DNA from: Ranitomeya imitator
Lineage: Eukaryota
NCBI RefSeq assembly: GCF_032444005.1
Contig: NC_091283.1
Span: forward strand, 499,038,001 to 499,102,000
Direction: 5' to 3'
DNA length: 64,000 nt
Shown here: one piece after another, positions 1 through 12,700 of the stretch
How the letters are laid out: each line of letters opens with the position of its first letter
How positions within the stretch are numbered: the stretch's first letter is position 1
Position numbers and translations under genes: made by a program
The notes under the pieces: model-generated
Databases searched by the model: none
Told to the model about the DNA's origin: nothing
The model's input: only the letters and a program-made list of their open reading frames with translations

Positions 1-1348
1 GCCTACAAATTGGGTATGGGGTGTAGAGAGACGGTGTGTTACACTCCAAGGTGTTCCCCAGGTTTCGTCCACATTGCTTTGATCTTCCGACTCTCGTTTA
101 GTAGTTGTTGAAAACTACACTGCATTAGGCCTACAAATTGGGTATGGGGTGTAGAGAGATGGTGTGTTCCACTCCAAGGTGTTCTCCAGGTTGCCTTTCC
201 TGAACTTCTATCTTCAGGCTCTCATTAAATTGTAGTTAAATGGAACAACTGCATTTGGCGTACTAGTTGGTTTGGGGCCTACTATCGGTGTCTGCCACTC
301 CTTGCTGTTCTCCTGGTTTCCTGTCCTGAAATTCCATTTTCAGGCTCTTGTTAAGTAGTTGTTAATGTTAGACTGCATTTGGCCTACTAGTTGGGTTGGG
401 GCCTACTATCGGTGTCTGCCACTCCTTGCTGTTCTCCTCAACTGAACAAAGCTGGGCCGCCTGTTTACTACGGTTGCCAATTTTGAACTGCATGTCGACT
501 ACTTACTGATTTGGGCCTACTCTCTGTGTCAGCCTCTCATTCCAGTTGTCCTCCACTGCAATGCCCCCTGGTTAGTCCTGTGTTACCAATTTTGAACTGC
601 ATTTAGCCCACTTTATTCTTTGGGCCTATATCTGTGTTTCCTCCTCATCCTGCCCATTGCCCAGCCAGTGATAGATGAGTCTGCTGGTACATTGACCCAT
701 AACGCAAAATTCCCCGTGCACGCTACACAGCAAGATTGTGACCCTGCTGAAAGTCCGGTTCCTCTTCCCGCATACCATACCACCTTACACGGGGACAAAG
801 AGGAAGGTGCAGATGAAAGTGCAGGTTCCTTCATCAGGTGGGGGGAGGAATACTAGTTGGCGACGTCACTGGCACAGGGCCTCTCATAGTACGCAAAAGT
901 GTTGCTGCCGGTGGGAGGCGCCCCCGCCGTGCAAACACACCGCTGTACTTTGAGGGGCCCTGTGCCAGTGCCAATGCCAACGAGTGGGCCCCCCCTGCTT
1001 GCTCAGGATCACAGCACTTGCAAAGTTTAAATACTTACCTCTCCCTGCTCCACTGCCGTGACGTGGTCCAGATTTACTGGGCCCACTAATTACTTGAACC
1101 AGCCCTACCCCCCACAACTTTAGCCAAATAACCCCCAATTTCAAATGCCTTCCAATTATTATAAGGTAAATTACGATTGACAAGCTACTTTAACAAGAAT
1201 GGATGTTTTTGCCATTAAAATGGGCAGTGTAGGTGTTTTCCTGGCCTCCACTCACTGCCGACTATGCTCCCCCATTGACTTGCATTGGGTTTCGTGCGAT
1301 ACCCGACTTTTCGCGATAATCGGCCGATTCCACTCGACTCGACTTCTA
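1..1348 (+). mobile_element. hAT-family non-autonomous DNA transposon fragment (same family as 8337-12083, opposite orientation; terminus truncated)
   Basis: 600-1348 matches the reverse complement of about 8350-9100 (ORF 620-856 resembles ORF 8580-9083). Internal ~128-bp and ~124-bp tandem units lie at 1-440. Similarity stops ~15 bp short of the TIR at 1348. Confidence 0.75.
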
Positions 1349-1920
1349 AGATAGTCGATCTAGCGATCTAGCGATGCGATCCAGCGATGCGTTCGTTTGT
1401 AACCAGGGTAAACATCGGGTTACTAAGCGCAGGGCCGCGCTTAGTAACCCGATGTTTACCCTGGTTACAAGCGTAAAACTAAAAAAAAACAAACAGCACA
1501 TACTTACATTCCGGTGTCCGTCAGGTCCCTTGCCGTCTGCTTCCCGCACTGTGACTGCCGGCCGTAAAGTGAAAGCAGAGCACAGCGGCTGTGCTTTCAC
1601 TTTCACTTTACGGCCGGCAGTCAGTGAGTGCGGGAAGCAGACGGCAAGGGACCTGACGGACACCAGAATGTAAGTATGTGCTGTTTTTTTTTTTTTAGTT
1701 TTACGCTTGTAACCAGGGTAAACATCGGGTTACTAAGCGCGGTCCTGCGCTTAGTTACCCGATGTTTACCCTGGTTACCCAGGGACCTCAGCATCGTTGG
1801 TCGCTGGAGAGCTGTCTGTGTGACAGCTCCCCAGCGACCACACTACGATTTACCTACGATCACGGCCAGGTCATATCGCTGGTCGTGATCGTAGGTAAAT
1901 CGTATAGTGTGACGGTACCC
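1349..1920. mobile_element. MITE with GGTACCGTCACAC termini (probably PIF/Harbinger-type), left end missing
   Basis: Right end GTGTGACGGTACCC followed by TAA. Contains two copies of the ~70-bp internal palindrome (1398-1469, 1709-1778). Homologous to 24474-25154. Confidence 0.8.
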
Positions 1921-3296
1921 TAACTCTTTCCAATCCTTGTGTGTGTCAACATAAAAATAGTTCCCAGAATAAAACTCACACATAAAGCCCCATACTGACC
2001 CCCCACAGTACAGTGACGCACATTGCTCTCTCTTCTCTCCAATATAGTGCCTTTCCACTCAAAATCACTAGCAAAGAACAAAACAATTAAAAGTAATTCA
2101 ATTAGTCCCATTCCCATGATGAGCAGAGCAAACCTCTTGTCTGTACTCCGTGTGGCTAGGGTATATTAAAAGCAATGTAGTGACGCCATCAAGCCTCCTG
2201 ATCTGAGCCTCAGATGGCACATGTAGATGCTGGATCGGAAAGCAGACCGCTCCCTGCCTCATCACTATATGCAACTGTGTCTGATTCCTAAATACGCAAA
2301 TACAGTTGAAGGTGGGAAATGTCGCTGTCCACTGACTTCTCTAGGCAATGGAGCAGATCCTCAAATACAGCTTCTAAAATTTGGGGCAAGGGGCATTCCA
2401 CATATTATTTTTTGTCCTTGTGTAGCCTTTCATCCAACCAACAATCCGTTAGGAACCTCCATGATAACTGTGAAGATACTTTCCGGAAAGACCCTTGCCC
2501 TCTTTAGCAAAAATATAATATGAAAAAACGTCAAACTGGCTTTCTAGAGTACCTGAGGAAGTGGTGGTCCAGATTTTTATCAAAGTTCAGCAGAAGAAAG
2601 CTGTATTTGGGGGTGACCATAAAACCTTGCTCTTGCCACCATGGTCCATTTGTTTTGGTTTCATTACAAAAATCCTATTCAATTTTATTTGTATTCTGTG
2701 TGTGAAATGATGCCAACAAAGATTATGATGCAATTACGCGTAGAAGTCCACATCGAGAGCGGACTGTTTTGGGGTCAGTTTGACACAAACCAATAGATGT
2801 CTCCAGCTGTGATACGTTCACTATGGTTTCTCACAAATTACTCTTTAGAAAATGATTCTTGGCAAACAATATCCTGATAAATCTTTGATGTCTAATACGT
2901 GACAAGATTACTAAGAGATAATTAGTTACTGGCTTGATTACCTGCAGAAAGACAGATAATGACACGGTACAATCTGTACAAAAAGCACTTCCCGCATGTA
3001 CAAGCTCCGAGCCTCAGTATTATAAATGATTCATATAATTACATGTGTCAGTGTCAATTTCCCATAAATGCAATTGGTAATTGTGGTTGGCACGGGTTTT
3101 GAATAGGACAGGATGCAGGGCTAGCCAAAGATTTATGCGGGCCCCTTGGCAAGTCCCTTCTGAAGAGTCTGCACATAATCAAAAAATTCTACATGGATTT
3201 TTATGATAAATACGGATGGAGTTTTTGCTAATTTATGTCACATTTTTCTCCTCATTATTCTCTGTATGGTAAAAATTAAATATTTTCCTGCCATAA

Positions 3297-3669
3297 GGCC
3301 TTTTTCACACTTCCGTCTTTTCAGATCAGTCACAATCCGTTGTTTTTTTGAGAATGCAGGATCCTGCAAAAAAATTTCCAGGATTCTGCATTTTCCCATA
3401 GACTTGTATTAGCGATGGATTGTGACGGATAGCCATCCATTTCATCCGTCATGCACTGGATCCGTCATAAAATAGCGGTCCGTCGTGCAGAGAAAACGTT
3501 CATTGTAACTTTTTTGTGCACGTCGGAAAATCGGTCAGCAACGCATTCTGGCTACAATGGAAGCCTATGGATGCAGGATCCGTCGCTGACCATCACACAC
3601 AGGAATCCAGCGATGGATCCCGTTTTTCCCTTCTGAGCATGCCCAGAAGGATTTTCGTGTCCGGGGAAA

Positions 3670-3703
<34 letters not shown>

Positions 3704-3820
3704 CCCGGACATTTGAATTCCGGAAATGTTTCCCTTGACAAATCCGAATGACGCATCCGTCGTTTCACAGGATCCGTCGCACATTGACGGAAAACAAAAA
3801 ACGCAAGTGTGAAAGTAGCC
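3297..3820. mobile_element. Harbinger-type MITE (GGC..TTTCACAC TIR) containing a (TC)n tract
   Basis: TAA|GGCCTTTTTCACAC ... GTGTGAAAGTAGCC|TTA. Many internal CGGATCC-type motifs. Related to 34597-35105. Confidence 0.75.
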
Positions 3821-4759
3821 TTACCAATCTCCCTCACTCCCCAAAAGCCTAAAATACCATGTGTAACTGTATCCACATGCTAAGGAGGAGACAGACAGCT
3901 ACAAGCTGCAAAGTTTGGAATTTGATCCTTTATTTTTGGAAAATATGGGGGTCGTACATCAGATAGGCAGTGGATTTTTTGTCTTTCTTTTATGTCCTTC
4001 CATAGTTTTATCTACAAAAGTTATAAACTTTTTTAGCTTAGTGTCTGAGGTCTGTTTTTTTCTACGACAAGTTGTACCATTTTTAGGTGTCATTTTACTC
4101 AAGTAAAAGCTGAATTTATATGAAATTTTTGTATGCGTTAAATACAGAAAAAAAAGTAATTTTGCCATAAAATTATAGTGTTCACTGTCTTGTACAGATT
4201 ATTCTAATCACAGATATATATGTAAAATATGTCTATGATATTTATCAATATGATGCTTATTTAATAAAGTGTCTTACTGAAATAAAATGCTTTTGAATCA
4301 TTATTTTGCAATGAACTTAAAAGAAAAATGTTGCTTTTCCCCATTTATCCACCTATATTGTACTAGTATAATGGGATATTACTGGATATTGCGATATTGT
4401 CTTCTACCATTCTTGCTTATGAGTCTCCCATGATGAACATCTAGGTTATAAGCAGAAGCGTGTTGGAACGAGATCCAATAGGATTTTTAGATAAGTTGCC
4501 CTTATATTGGGGAATGATTCTGCTCATTTTCTTACAGCTGCTTTAGGTCTAGGGTAGCTTTCTGTGATTGTTATGGATGGCACAATTGGAAACAACGGAA
4601 TATTATTCTCTGTTGCAATCGATGCAAGCAAGAGATAGGAACATATTATTGTGTTGATGTGGTAAGGCGACAGTAAGCGGGCACACCATTTCACAAATTT
4701 AGGATGCTAACCTCTATAGCTAGGTAGGATTGATCACAGACTGAATAGGAATGTAAGCA

Positions 4760-5781
4760 ACACTTCTCTCTATTATGGTAATTACCGGGTCTGGCGGTAC
4801 TTAAAGGGGTGGTTATGGAAGCGATGACCCGTTCCGTGGCCCTTGGCGTCCAATTAAATGGGATGAAGTGTAGTGGAAAATAAAGTGTATGGAGAGATGT
4901 TCGTCACGCCACCTGTGGTACTCGGCCAGGGACAGCTGATGCTGCTAAAAGGGGACCACTGGAGCTGATGGTGTTGCAACAGAGTTGGTATAGCTCCCTA
5001 CAGGAAGAGCTTAGTCCCTAGGGCTACCGGTGCAGTTAGTAAGGGATGATAGCTGGTGGGGTGCAGGACTGAGGGTGCAGGAAATAATTGGAGGATATAG
5101 GTATTGCAGTTTCCTTTACCTTTTACTGGTGAAAATGCAGGTGCAGTCCGGGGCACAGGTTACAGGTGTTGATGGGGACCAGCAGCCTGGGAGTATCTTG
5201 GGATCCACCTAGCCAGGTGGGTTTGCAAGCCTTTATTTGGCGTTGTGCTCTCTGTCCCTTGCTGCCTGAAGCTTTACACAAGTTCCTCTTAGTGTTTGTT
5301 TCTCCTAACCCATATGGTTGACAGCATGAGCCTTTCATCGGCACTGTCTTCACACTGGCAGCCCCAGACTCCTGACTTGCTGTGGTGCCTCGAGGTGTCA
5401 GATGGGCCAGGAGACCTGCAATCTCCTGCCCTCCAGTTCTAGTTGCTGGGCTTTTAGTACCCGTGTACTCCGGTGTCTGGTTTCTTATGTGCTTAATCCT
5501 GGGAAGAGCTCAGTCACAGTTCTTATCCCAGTCTCTCTCCTCACACGCTTTCTCTCCCTTCACTGTCTTACACTGAACTACCTAACCCCGCCTCCAGACC
5601 AGAACTTATAGAGAAGATACCCTGAAACTGGGTTTAGAGCTCCCCCTTCTGGTCTGGAGTCAGGAAGGTGTTGTATGTTTGTGTTACCTGCTAAGGTGAT
5701 CCCTCCTTACTCCCAGGCATGACATCACCCCCCGCGGGGAAGGCAATGCCATTGTGGCAACCGGACTTCTGGGGTGCCACA
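4760..5781 (-). mobile_element. Partial long LTR of the TGCAGCGCCCC...GGGGCGCTCCA family
   Basis: Reverse complement starts TGTGGCACCCCAGAAGTCC at 5781 and contains CCACAGGTGGCGTGACGAAC, shared with 46334-47562 and 61876-63141. Left boundary uncertain. Confidence 0.6.
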
Positions 5782-6338
5782 TTAACAAATTGAACAGTTT
5801 AATTTTAACAAGGGATTTATTCCTCACAGGGAGATGGAGCATGAAAGGGTATAGGGCAGAATAACAAGTGTAGAGTGATAGTAGTTTTTTGTAGAGATAG
5901 AAAATCTGGCCTGTTGTGGCGCCGACTCTAAGGGGAAGGAGCGTGCCGCACACCTCACTGCACGCTGCTGCTGGTTGGCGCCAAACTGCCCTCTACTGCG
6001 TGCATTTTTCCTTTTATCTTACACCGCCTCCCCAGGTCATGAGGTTGGTCCAGCTTCTCACTCCTTCCCCCTGTCATCAGGGGAGACAGCCTCAACTGTT
6101 CTGGACCCAGCGCAGAACAGGTACCTGCAGCCCGGTCTTTCTCCTTACACTCCCCCTCTCCTTTAGCTCTCCATTCCACGGGTGAGAATTCCTGTAGTAA
6201 ACGTTGACACTCCTCCATCTCTTGGATGATTTGCTGCCAAACTAATTGGTCTTGTTCGTAATGGTTGGGAGGTATTCTTGTTGTTGTTCGCTCTGTGCGA
6301 CATAAGTCGGGTTGAGTAGTTGAGTCAGATTGAGGGGG

Positions 6339-7680
6339 CTAGGATGAGGATGGAGCAGCCATCTCGGGAGTCTTAGGTTCCGATACCTCTTCTAGATTGA
6401 TGAGTAGTGGGCCATCCAGGTCAGAGGATTCTTCTTCTTTACAGTCGAAAGCTATTGAAGGGGATGTCTCAGGAACATTTAGCACCATTTCTGGTTGATC
6501 GGGATCGTGTGACAAGCAAGGACGTAGCATGCTTCGATTGACTACTCTAGTGGGGGTGTCTTTTTCCCCTTCAGGTTGAACCTCATAGACAGGACCATTG
6601 GATCCGATTAGGCATTTCACCAGATAAGGAGTTTTTCCCACCGATACTCCAACTTGCCTTGAGGTCGTTTGTCTCGAACCAGCACTCAGCCTCCAGCCTT
6701 GAGAGCTGTCCCTCGCAGGGGCATCGTCTCATGATGTTCAAGCTCCCAAAACTTGGTGTGTACCAATTGATGTAGAGTCTGTATGCGGTGTCGATGTTCA
6801 TGGACCCAGGTGGACACCCTGTCAGTGGGTAGTCCTCCTCCAGATCTAATTCTAGCTCGGTGATCTCTCGCCATTTTAGGCCTAACAGCAGAGTGTATGG
6901 CATGTACTCAGTTGTCTGTGTACCCGGTTGTTGTACACTCAGACTAATTCAGCTACATACTCAGGCCAGCGGACTTTCCTGTCGTCTTCCAACATTCCCA
7001 ACATCTCAATTAGTGTCTGGTTGAAACGCTCACAGGCCCCATTCCCTTGTCGATGGTAGGGCGTCGTCTTGGACTGCCCAATCTGATACAGGTGATGCAG
7101 TTCTTCCATCATTCGCTCTTGGAAACAGGCTCCTTGGTCAGAGTGGATTCTTTTCAGACAATGGTACACTTGGATAAAGTCTCTACAAATAGCCTGCGCC
7201 GTCGATTCGGCACTCTGATCTCGGGTTGGAATAACCACAGCAAATTTGGTAAAATGATCATTTATCACCAGACAGTGTTCATACCCGAGATGAGCTGGAC
7301 CCACGATCAAGTAGTCGATCATTAACACCTCTAGGGGTGTAGAAGTCTCAATGGTCTGCGTGGGGGCCCTCTGTTCCAGAGACTTAGCTAGTTCACAGTT
7401 CCCGCATCGCTGACAAGCCAGTATGGGCGCTTCAGTCAAGGCCATCTTCAGGGCTCGGAAGGTTTCTTCCTGACTAGCTCTCCACTGAATGGTCCGATTC
7501 TTCACACCAGATGGTACTCCCTTCAACACCTCCAGCAGGAGGTTGACAATACGAGTGAAATTTTTCATGAACAGTTGATAGTACCCAGTGAGTCCTAGAA
7601 ATGCCCTCACATCCTTCACTGTCTTCAGAGTAGGTCAGTCCTGTACTGCCGCTACCTTGTCACGTGCCGGTCTCACTCCT
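6339..7680 (-). pseudogene. Gypsy pol remnant: RT/RNase H connection fused by deletion to the integrase core and C-terminal region
   Basis: ORF 6939-7619 has VRAFLGLTGYY, then IDY..DHFTKF..IHSDQG..ERFNQTL (DDE core). ORF 6339-6641 has GPVYEVQP (GPY/F-like). Confidence 0.85.
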
Positions 7681-8200
7681 TGTTAGGTGTCGAGTTTCCG
7701 CCTCTGCGCAGGGGGAATCTTGAACCATCTCTGCTGCTGCGGTCTCCCATTCTTCTCCAGCCGCAGTGGAGTCTGCTCAGTGGAGACGTCGTTCCCAGCG
7801 TCTTGCTCAGTCTCACTCTGTGCATAGGATTACTGCTGCTTTTCCAGCTTCTGCCATTGTAGTGCGCTTCCTACCCACGTCCGGGTGTCTGGTGGTGTCT
7901 GCCAGCACGGCACAGTTCGCACTTCGGTGCTCTCAAACTATTTGTTATTACACCCAGTTGCGGTGTTGTGCACAAGTAGTCAGAACGGACTTCTACCCTG
8001 AGTCTTGGGACTGAGTTCGCTGACTCCTTGCTTGAACTCTTTAGTGCGGTATTGCGGTCCTGTGGCTTAACAGGGTTCGCTTCCACCGCCATTTAGTCCG
8101 TCATTACTTGGCAGCAGGTTCCATCTCTGCACGGTGGACCCCGGGCTGCGAACGCACCTTAATCTATCTTATTATTTGGTGCGTTCCGCTAGCCCTAACA
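7681..8200 (+). mobile_element. Solo LTR (520 bp) of the TGTTAGG...CCCTAACA family inserted into the RT region
   Basis: TG...CA ends with a 5-bp TSD CTCCT (7676-7680, 8201-8205). Homologous to LTR 45400-46271. Removing it restores the RT sequence QIEYL-HVLSTEGVRP-DKVAAV. Confidence 0.92.
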
Positions 8201-9069
8201 CTCCTTCAGTGGATAAGACATGCCTTAGATATTCGATTTGCTTGTGGAAAAGATGGCACTTCCGGGGTTTTACTTTCAGGCAGTGCTTCTTCAGCACCTG
8301 CTCCAACTGTTGAAGATGCTCCTCAAAGGTGGCTGCTAGAGTTGAGCAACTTTGTCAAAAGTCGGGTCTGGTGAAATCGGCCGATTATTGCGAAAAGTCG
8401 AGGGCCAACTGAAACACGAAACCCAAAGCAAGTCAATGGGGAATCAAAGTCGGCAGTGAGTGGAGGCCAGGAAAACACCTACAGTGCCCATTTTAATGCC
8501 AAAAACATCAATTCTTATTACTTAAGCTTGTCAATCTTAATTTACTTTATAATAATAGTTAGGCATTGAAAACTGAGGGTCATTTGGCTAATGTTGTGGG
8601 GGGGTAGGGCTGGCTCAAGATTTTCGTGGCCCCAGGAAACGCGGAATACCTCACGGCAGTGGAGCAGGGAGAGGTAAGTATTTCAACTTTGCAAGTGCTG
8701 TGATCCTGAGCAAGCAGGGGGGCCCACTCGTTGGCACTGGCACAGGGCCCCTCATAGTACGGCGGTGTGTTTGACGGCGGGTGGTGCCTCCCACTGGCAG
8801 AGACACTTTTGCGTACTATGAGGGGCCCTGTGCCAGTGACATCGCCAACGATTATGCCCCCCCACCTGATGAAGGAACCTGCACTTTCATCTGCATTTTC
8901 CTCTTTGTCCCCGTGTAAGGTGGTATAGTATGCGGGAAGGGGAACCTGACTTTCAGCAGGGTCAGATCCTGGCTGTGTAGAGTGCAAGGGGAATGTAGTG
9001 GTCTGGGTCAATGTACCAGCAGACTCATCTAGCAGTGGCTGGGCAATGGGCAGGATGAGGAGGAAACAC

Positions 9070-9480
9070 AGACATAGGCCCAAATAATAAAGTAGGCTAA
9101 ATGCAGTTCAAAATTGGTAACAGGACTAAACAGGCGGCATTGCTTTGTTCAGTGGAGGACAACTGTAATGAGTGGCAGACACAGTTAGTAGGCCCAAATA
9201 ATAAAGTAGGCTAAATGCAGTTCAAAATTGGTAACAGGACTAAACAGGCGGCATTGCTTTGTTCAGTGGAGGACAACTGTGATGAGTGACAGACACGGTT
9301 AGTGGGCTCAAATAATAAAGTAGGCTAAATGCAGTTCAAAATTGGTAACAGGACTAAACAGGTGGAATTGCTTTGTTCAGTGGAGGACAACTGTAATGAG
9401 TGGCGCAGACACAGTTAGTAGGCCCAAATAATAAACTAGGCTAAATGCAGTTCAAAATTGGTAACAGGACTAAACAGGTG
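9070..9480. repeat. ~114-bp tandem repeat (~3.6 copies) inside the hAT element
   Basis: ATGCAGTTCAAAATTGGTAACAGGACTAAACAGG recurs at about 9101, 9215, 9329 and 9445. Confidence 0.9.
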
Positions 9481-9927
9481 GCTTAGCTAGGTACAGGGGT
9501 GGGCTCCTCTGCTGAGCAGAAGACAGTGGTAGTAGGCGCAAAGTATTAACTGGTCTAAATGGAGGCCAGGGCCCCTGTATATTTTAACTATCATCTATCA
9601 TTTCAACAAATTTGTATTGGCAGTGCCATTGAAGGATTTAACAGCACAGACTACACAGTGGTGGAGCAGGGAGAGGTAAGTACTTCTTCATTGTACTCTG
9701 AGGGACTCTGTGACAGTGCCGTTGCCCAAGAATGGGCCCACCCACCTGTCCAGGCAAATGGCACTCTCACGGGTGCTTGCGCCAAGTGGTGACCACGGCC
9801 CTGTGGGGGGAGTCAGCCCATTTAGGGAGGTATAAAAATGGCCTATGGTGGACATTCAGCAGCTGCAAATGGAGGAATTGGAGAAGTCAGTAAGAGGAGG
9901 CCAAAAGCAAGACATTTTTCAGTCAAG

Positions 9928-10200
9928 CTACATGTCAGCAGGGGAAGGTGGGGCAAAATAATTTGAAATCCATGATTGGTTCATTTTAATGAAGGTTAGA
10001 TCATCCGGCTTTAAAAGCTGTTTTCCTACTCCCAGATAAGGGAGCCTTCAAGGCCTTGTGTAGCCAGATGATGACTCTGGCTCAACACCTCCAGCCTTAG
10101 GTGCTATTGTGCTTTTGTCACTACCACCAGATGCACCACCAGCACCATCAGTAACAGCTGGCAACCCCCGCCCACGGGCTCTTCCATCAGACTTCCTCAT
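9928..10200 (-). pseudogene. hAT transposase remnant: putative N-terminus joined in frame to the C-terminus
   Basis: Translates MRKSDGRARGRG...YTRP*RLPYLGVGKQLLKPDDLTFIKMNQSWISNYFAPPSPADM*. LTFIKMN is typical of the end of the hAT dimerisation domain. One internal TGA. Confidence 0.7.
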
Positions 10201-10656
10201 TTTTTGGAAAATCTAACCAAAATAACCATTATATGGTACTGTAAAACAAAGTAGAAGCTGTATATAAACTTGTTGAGAATTTAAATCTCCCTTTTTTGGG
10301 GGAGAGACTGAACCAAAACTCAGGCCCAGTGCATAAAACAACACAATGTAAGTGGCAGAAGGTGGCTGGCTTATATACTACAAACTAACAGGACTGAAAT
10401 ATATCCACTTTGTGAGAATTTAAATCTCACTTATTTTTTTGGTGAGACTGAACCAAACCTCAGGCCCTGTGCATAAAACAACACAATGTAAGTGGCAGAA
10501 AGTGGCTGTCTAATATACTACAAACTAACAGGACTGCAGTATATCCACTTTGTGAGAATTTGAATCTCACTTTTTTTTGGGGAGACTGAACCAAAACTCA
10601 GGCCCAGTGTATATAACAATGCAATCTAAGTGGCAGAAAGTGGCTGGCTGACATAC

Positions 10657-11219
10657 CACATTGTGACACACGGTCACAGAGGATTGCTCATTCTTGGGAC
10701 TATTCAGCCACTGCTGATACCCTATACCTATGGACACTTGAGCTGATATCTGGGCCTCTTGGCCACTGGAAACTCCCCTGATGAATCTCCGTGATTGGAG
10801 AGGAAACACATAGGGAGGCGTCTATCACATTTTTTATGCTGTGGGTGTCCATAGTAGGGCTCATTTGGGGCCTGTCCTTGTGAGGACAGGAGTCATTGCT
10901 GGGGCACGACAGGGGTTTAGGGAAAAGGTCCCCATTTCCTCTACCTCACCCTACTACTGTGGACCCTCCCTGGGACCCTGCATAACCTTTGTGGGTACCC
11001 TTTCGTCCATAATTGGTGAGATCAAACCAGTTTTTTATTAGAGCACAGTTTTCGGCGAGAGCACTTTATTTTGATATGTCTTTTGTTCTGTTTGTCCATT
11101 TTAAATGTAATCAGTAAAGGTTATGTTTTATTATTATTTGGTTATACTCTTCTAGCTGCTATATACTATTTACCCTAAGAGTTGTGCAACAGCTTGGTGA
11201 TTCTGAGCTGCAGCTGATT
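10657..11219 (+). mobile_element. 563-bp insertion with 10-bp TSD carrying a hammerhead motif (Penelope-like pLTR / retrozyme-like)
   Basis: GCTGACATAC at 10647-10656 and 11220-11229 duplicates part of the host repeat unit. No TIRs, no TG..CA ends, no coding remnant recognised. Confidence 0.75.
10773..10817 (+). ncRNA. Minimal type I hammerhead ribozyme motif (partly CpG-decayed)
   Basis: CTCCC-CTGATGA-A-TCTCC-GTGATT-GGAGA-G-GAAAC-AC-ATA^GGGAG: 5-bp stem I, intact CUGAUGA/GAAA core, 5-bp stem II. ACACATA is the CpG-decay product of ACGCGTA. Confidence 0.75.
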
Positions 11220-12091
11220 GCTGACATACGACAAACTAACAGGACTGCAGTATATCCACTTTGTGAGAATTTGAATCTCACTTTTTTGGGGGGAGACTGA
11301 ACCAAATCTCAGGCCCAGTGCATAAAACAATACAATGTAAGTGGCAGGAAGTGACTGGAAGATATATGAAAAAATACAAGGACTGTAGTACAATTTCAAT
11401 CTCCCTACAATGATCTCAGTCAGGACAAGTATGGCAGCAATAAAAAGGACTGCTGCACACAAAAGTGTGGACAAATAAACAAGATAACTGTGCAGAAAGG
11501 AGCAACAGGATTTTTGCTTTTAAAAAACCAATTGGTTCGCACAGCAGCGTGCAAACAGCAATGCAGCTATCAGGGAGCCTTATAAGGCAGCCTAATAAGC
11601 TACAGAGCTGATGCACAAAAATATAGCCTCCACTGTCCCTGCAAAAAAATGGTGGTGTTGGACAGTGGAAATCGCTACAGCACAAGCGGTTTGGGGGTTG
11701 ATCTTCCCTTCCTAACTATATCCCTTCTTCTGATGAAGCTGCAGCAACCACTCCCTATGCTAAGATCGGCAGAAGTAAGATGGCAGCTGGCGTGCACGCC
11801 CCTTTATAGCCCCTGTGACGCCGCAGAAAGCAAGCCAATCACTGTCATGCCCTTCTCTAAGATGGTGGGACCGAGACCTATGTCATCACGCTGCCCACAC
11901 TCTGCGTCCTCCTTCATTGGCTGAAAAATGGAGCTGAAAGCATCATACGAAACGTGACTTTTGCGCGCAAATTGCCGACCTCATGGCCGATCCCACACTA
12001 GGATCCGGTCAGGTTTCATGAAACCTGACTTTGCCGAAAGTCGGCGATTTTTGAATTTGTCCGATCCGTTTCGCTCAACCCTAGTGGCTGC

Positions 12092-12700
12092 ATAGATGAT
12101 GATGTAATCCAAGTAAATGAGGGTAGCTTCAAAGTTTAAGTCATCTCTACATCAATCGTTAAAAGGTCTCAGGCGCGTTGGTAAGGCCGAAGGACATCTG
12201 ATAGAATTCAAACAATCCCATGGGCAGTATGAATGCTGTCTTCGCCCGGTCATGCTCAGCCATGGCCACTTGCCAATATCTACTGGCCAGATCCAACGAT
12301 GAGAAGTATTTTGCTTTTCCCAGGGCAGACAATGATTCCTCAATTCTCGGTAGGGGGTACGAGTCTCGCATGGTGCAGGCATTCAATTTCCGGTAGTCTA
12401 CACAGAAGCACAGGGTCCTGCCCTTCTTTCGTACTAAGACAATGGGAGCAGCCCACGGACTTTAGCTCTCTCGGATGTCCCCACTCTGCAACATATGCGC
12501 AAACATCTCTTTCATCTCCTGGTACATTCATTTGTGGTTGGATTTTTCAACATCGCTGTGGTACATCCAAAATCATCATCATGATGAGCAAATACGTCCT
12601 GGTTACGCTCCAGCACTGCTTCCACTTGTTGTACCTGATGTGGTGAAAGTTCTGTTAGCTCAGCACGCATTTGTTCCTGGATCTGGCACCCTTCCTTTAG
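12092..12700 (-). pseudogene. Gypsy reverse transcriptase remnant
   Basis: Fragments GPCASV*TTGN, DSYPLPRIEESLSALGKAKYFSSLDLASRYWQV..KTAFILPMGLFEF..MSFGLTNAPETF. Confidence 0.9.

Larger units (their letters stand above)
8337..12083 (-). mobile_element. hAT-superfamily DNA transposon, internally deleted (3747 bp)
   Basis: TIR TAGAGTTGAGC / GCTCAACCCTA and 8-bp TSD GTGGCTGC (8329-8336, 12084-12091). Splits the host RT just after the YLDD-like motif (YLDYIIIYA|ATFEEHL). Confidence 0.93.

Noticed and set aside
620-856. Signal-peptide-like ORF MGLYLCFLLILPIAQP (also 8580-9083)
   Set aside because: It lies inside a hAT-derived repeat, and the two copies differ in frame and stop position, so it is not a conserved secreted protein.
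9070-9480. Regularly spaced repeats and palindromes resembling a CRISPR array
   Set aside because: Units are whole tandem duplications without unique spacers, there are no cas genes, and the context is eukaryotic.
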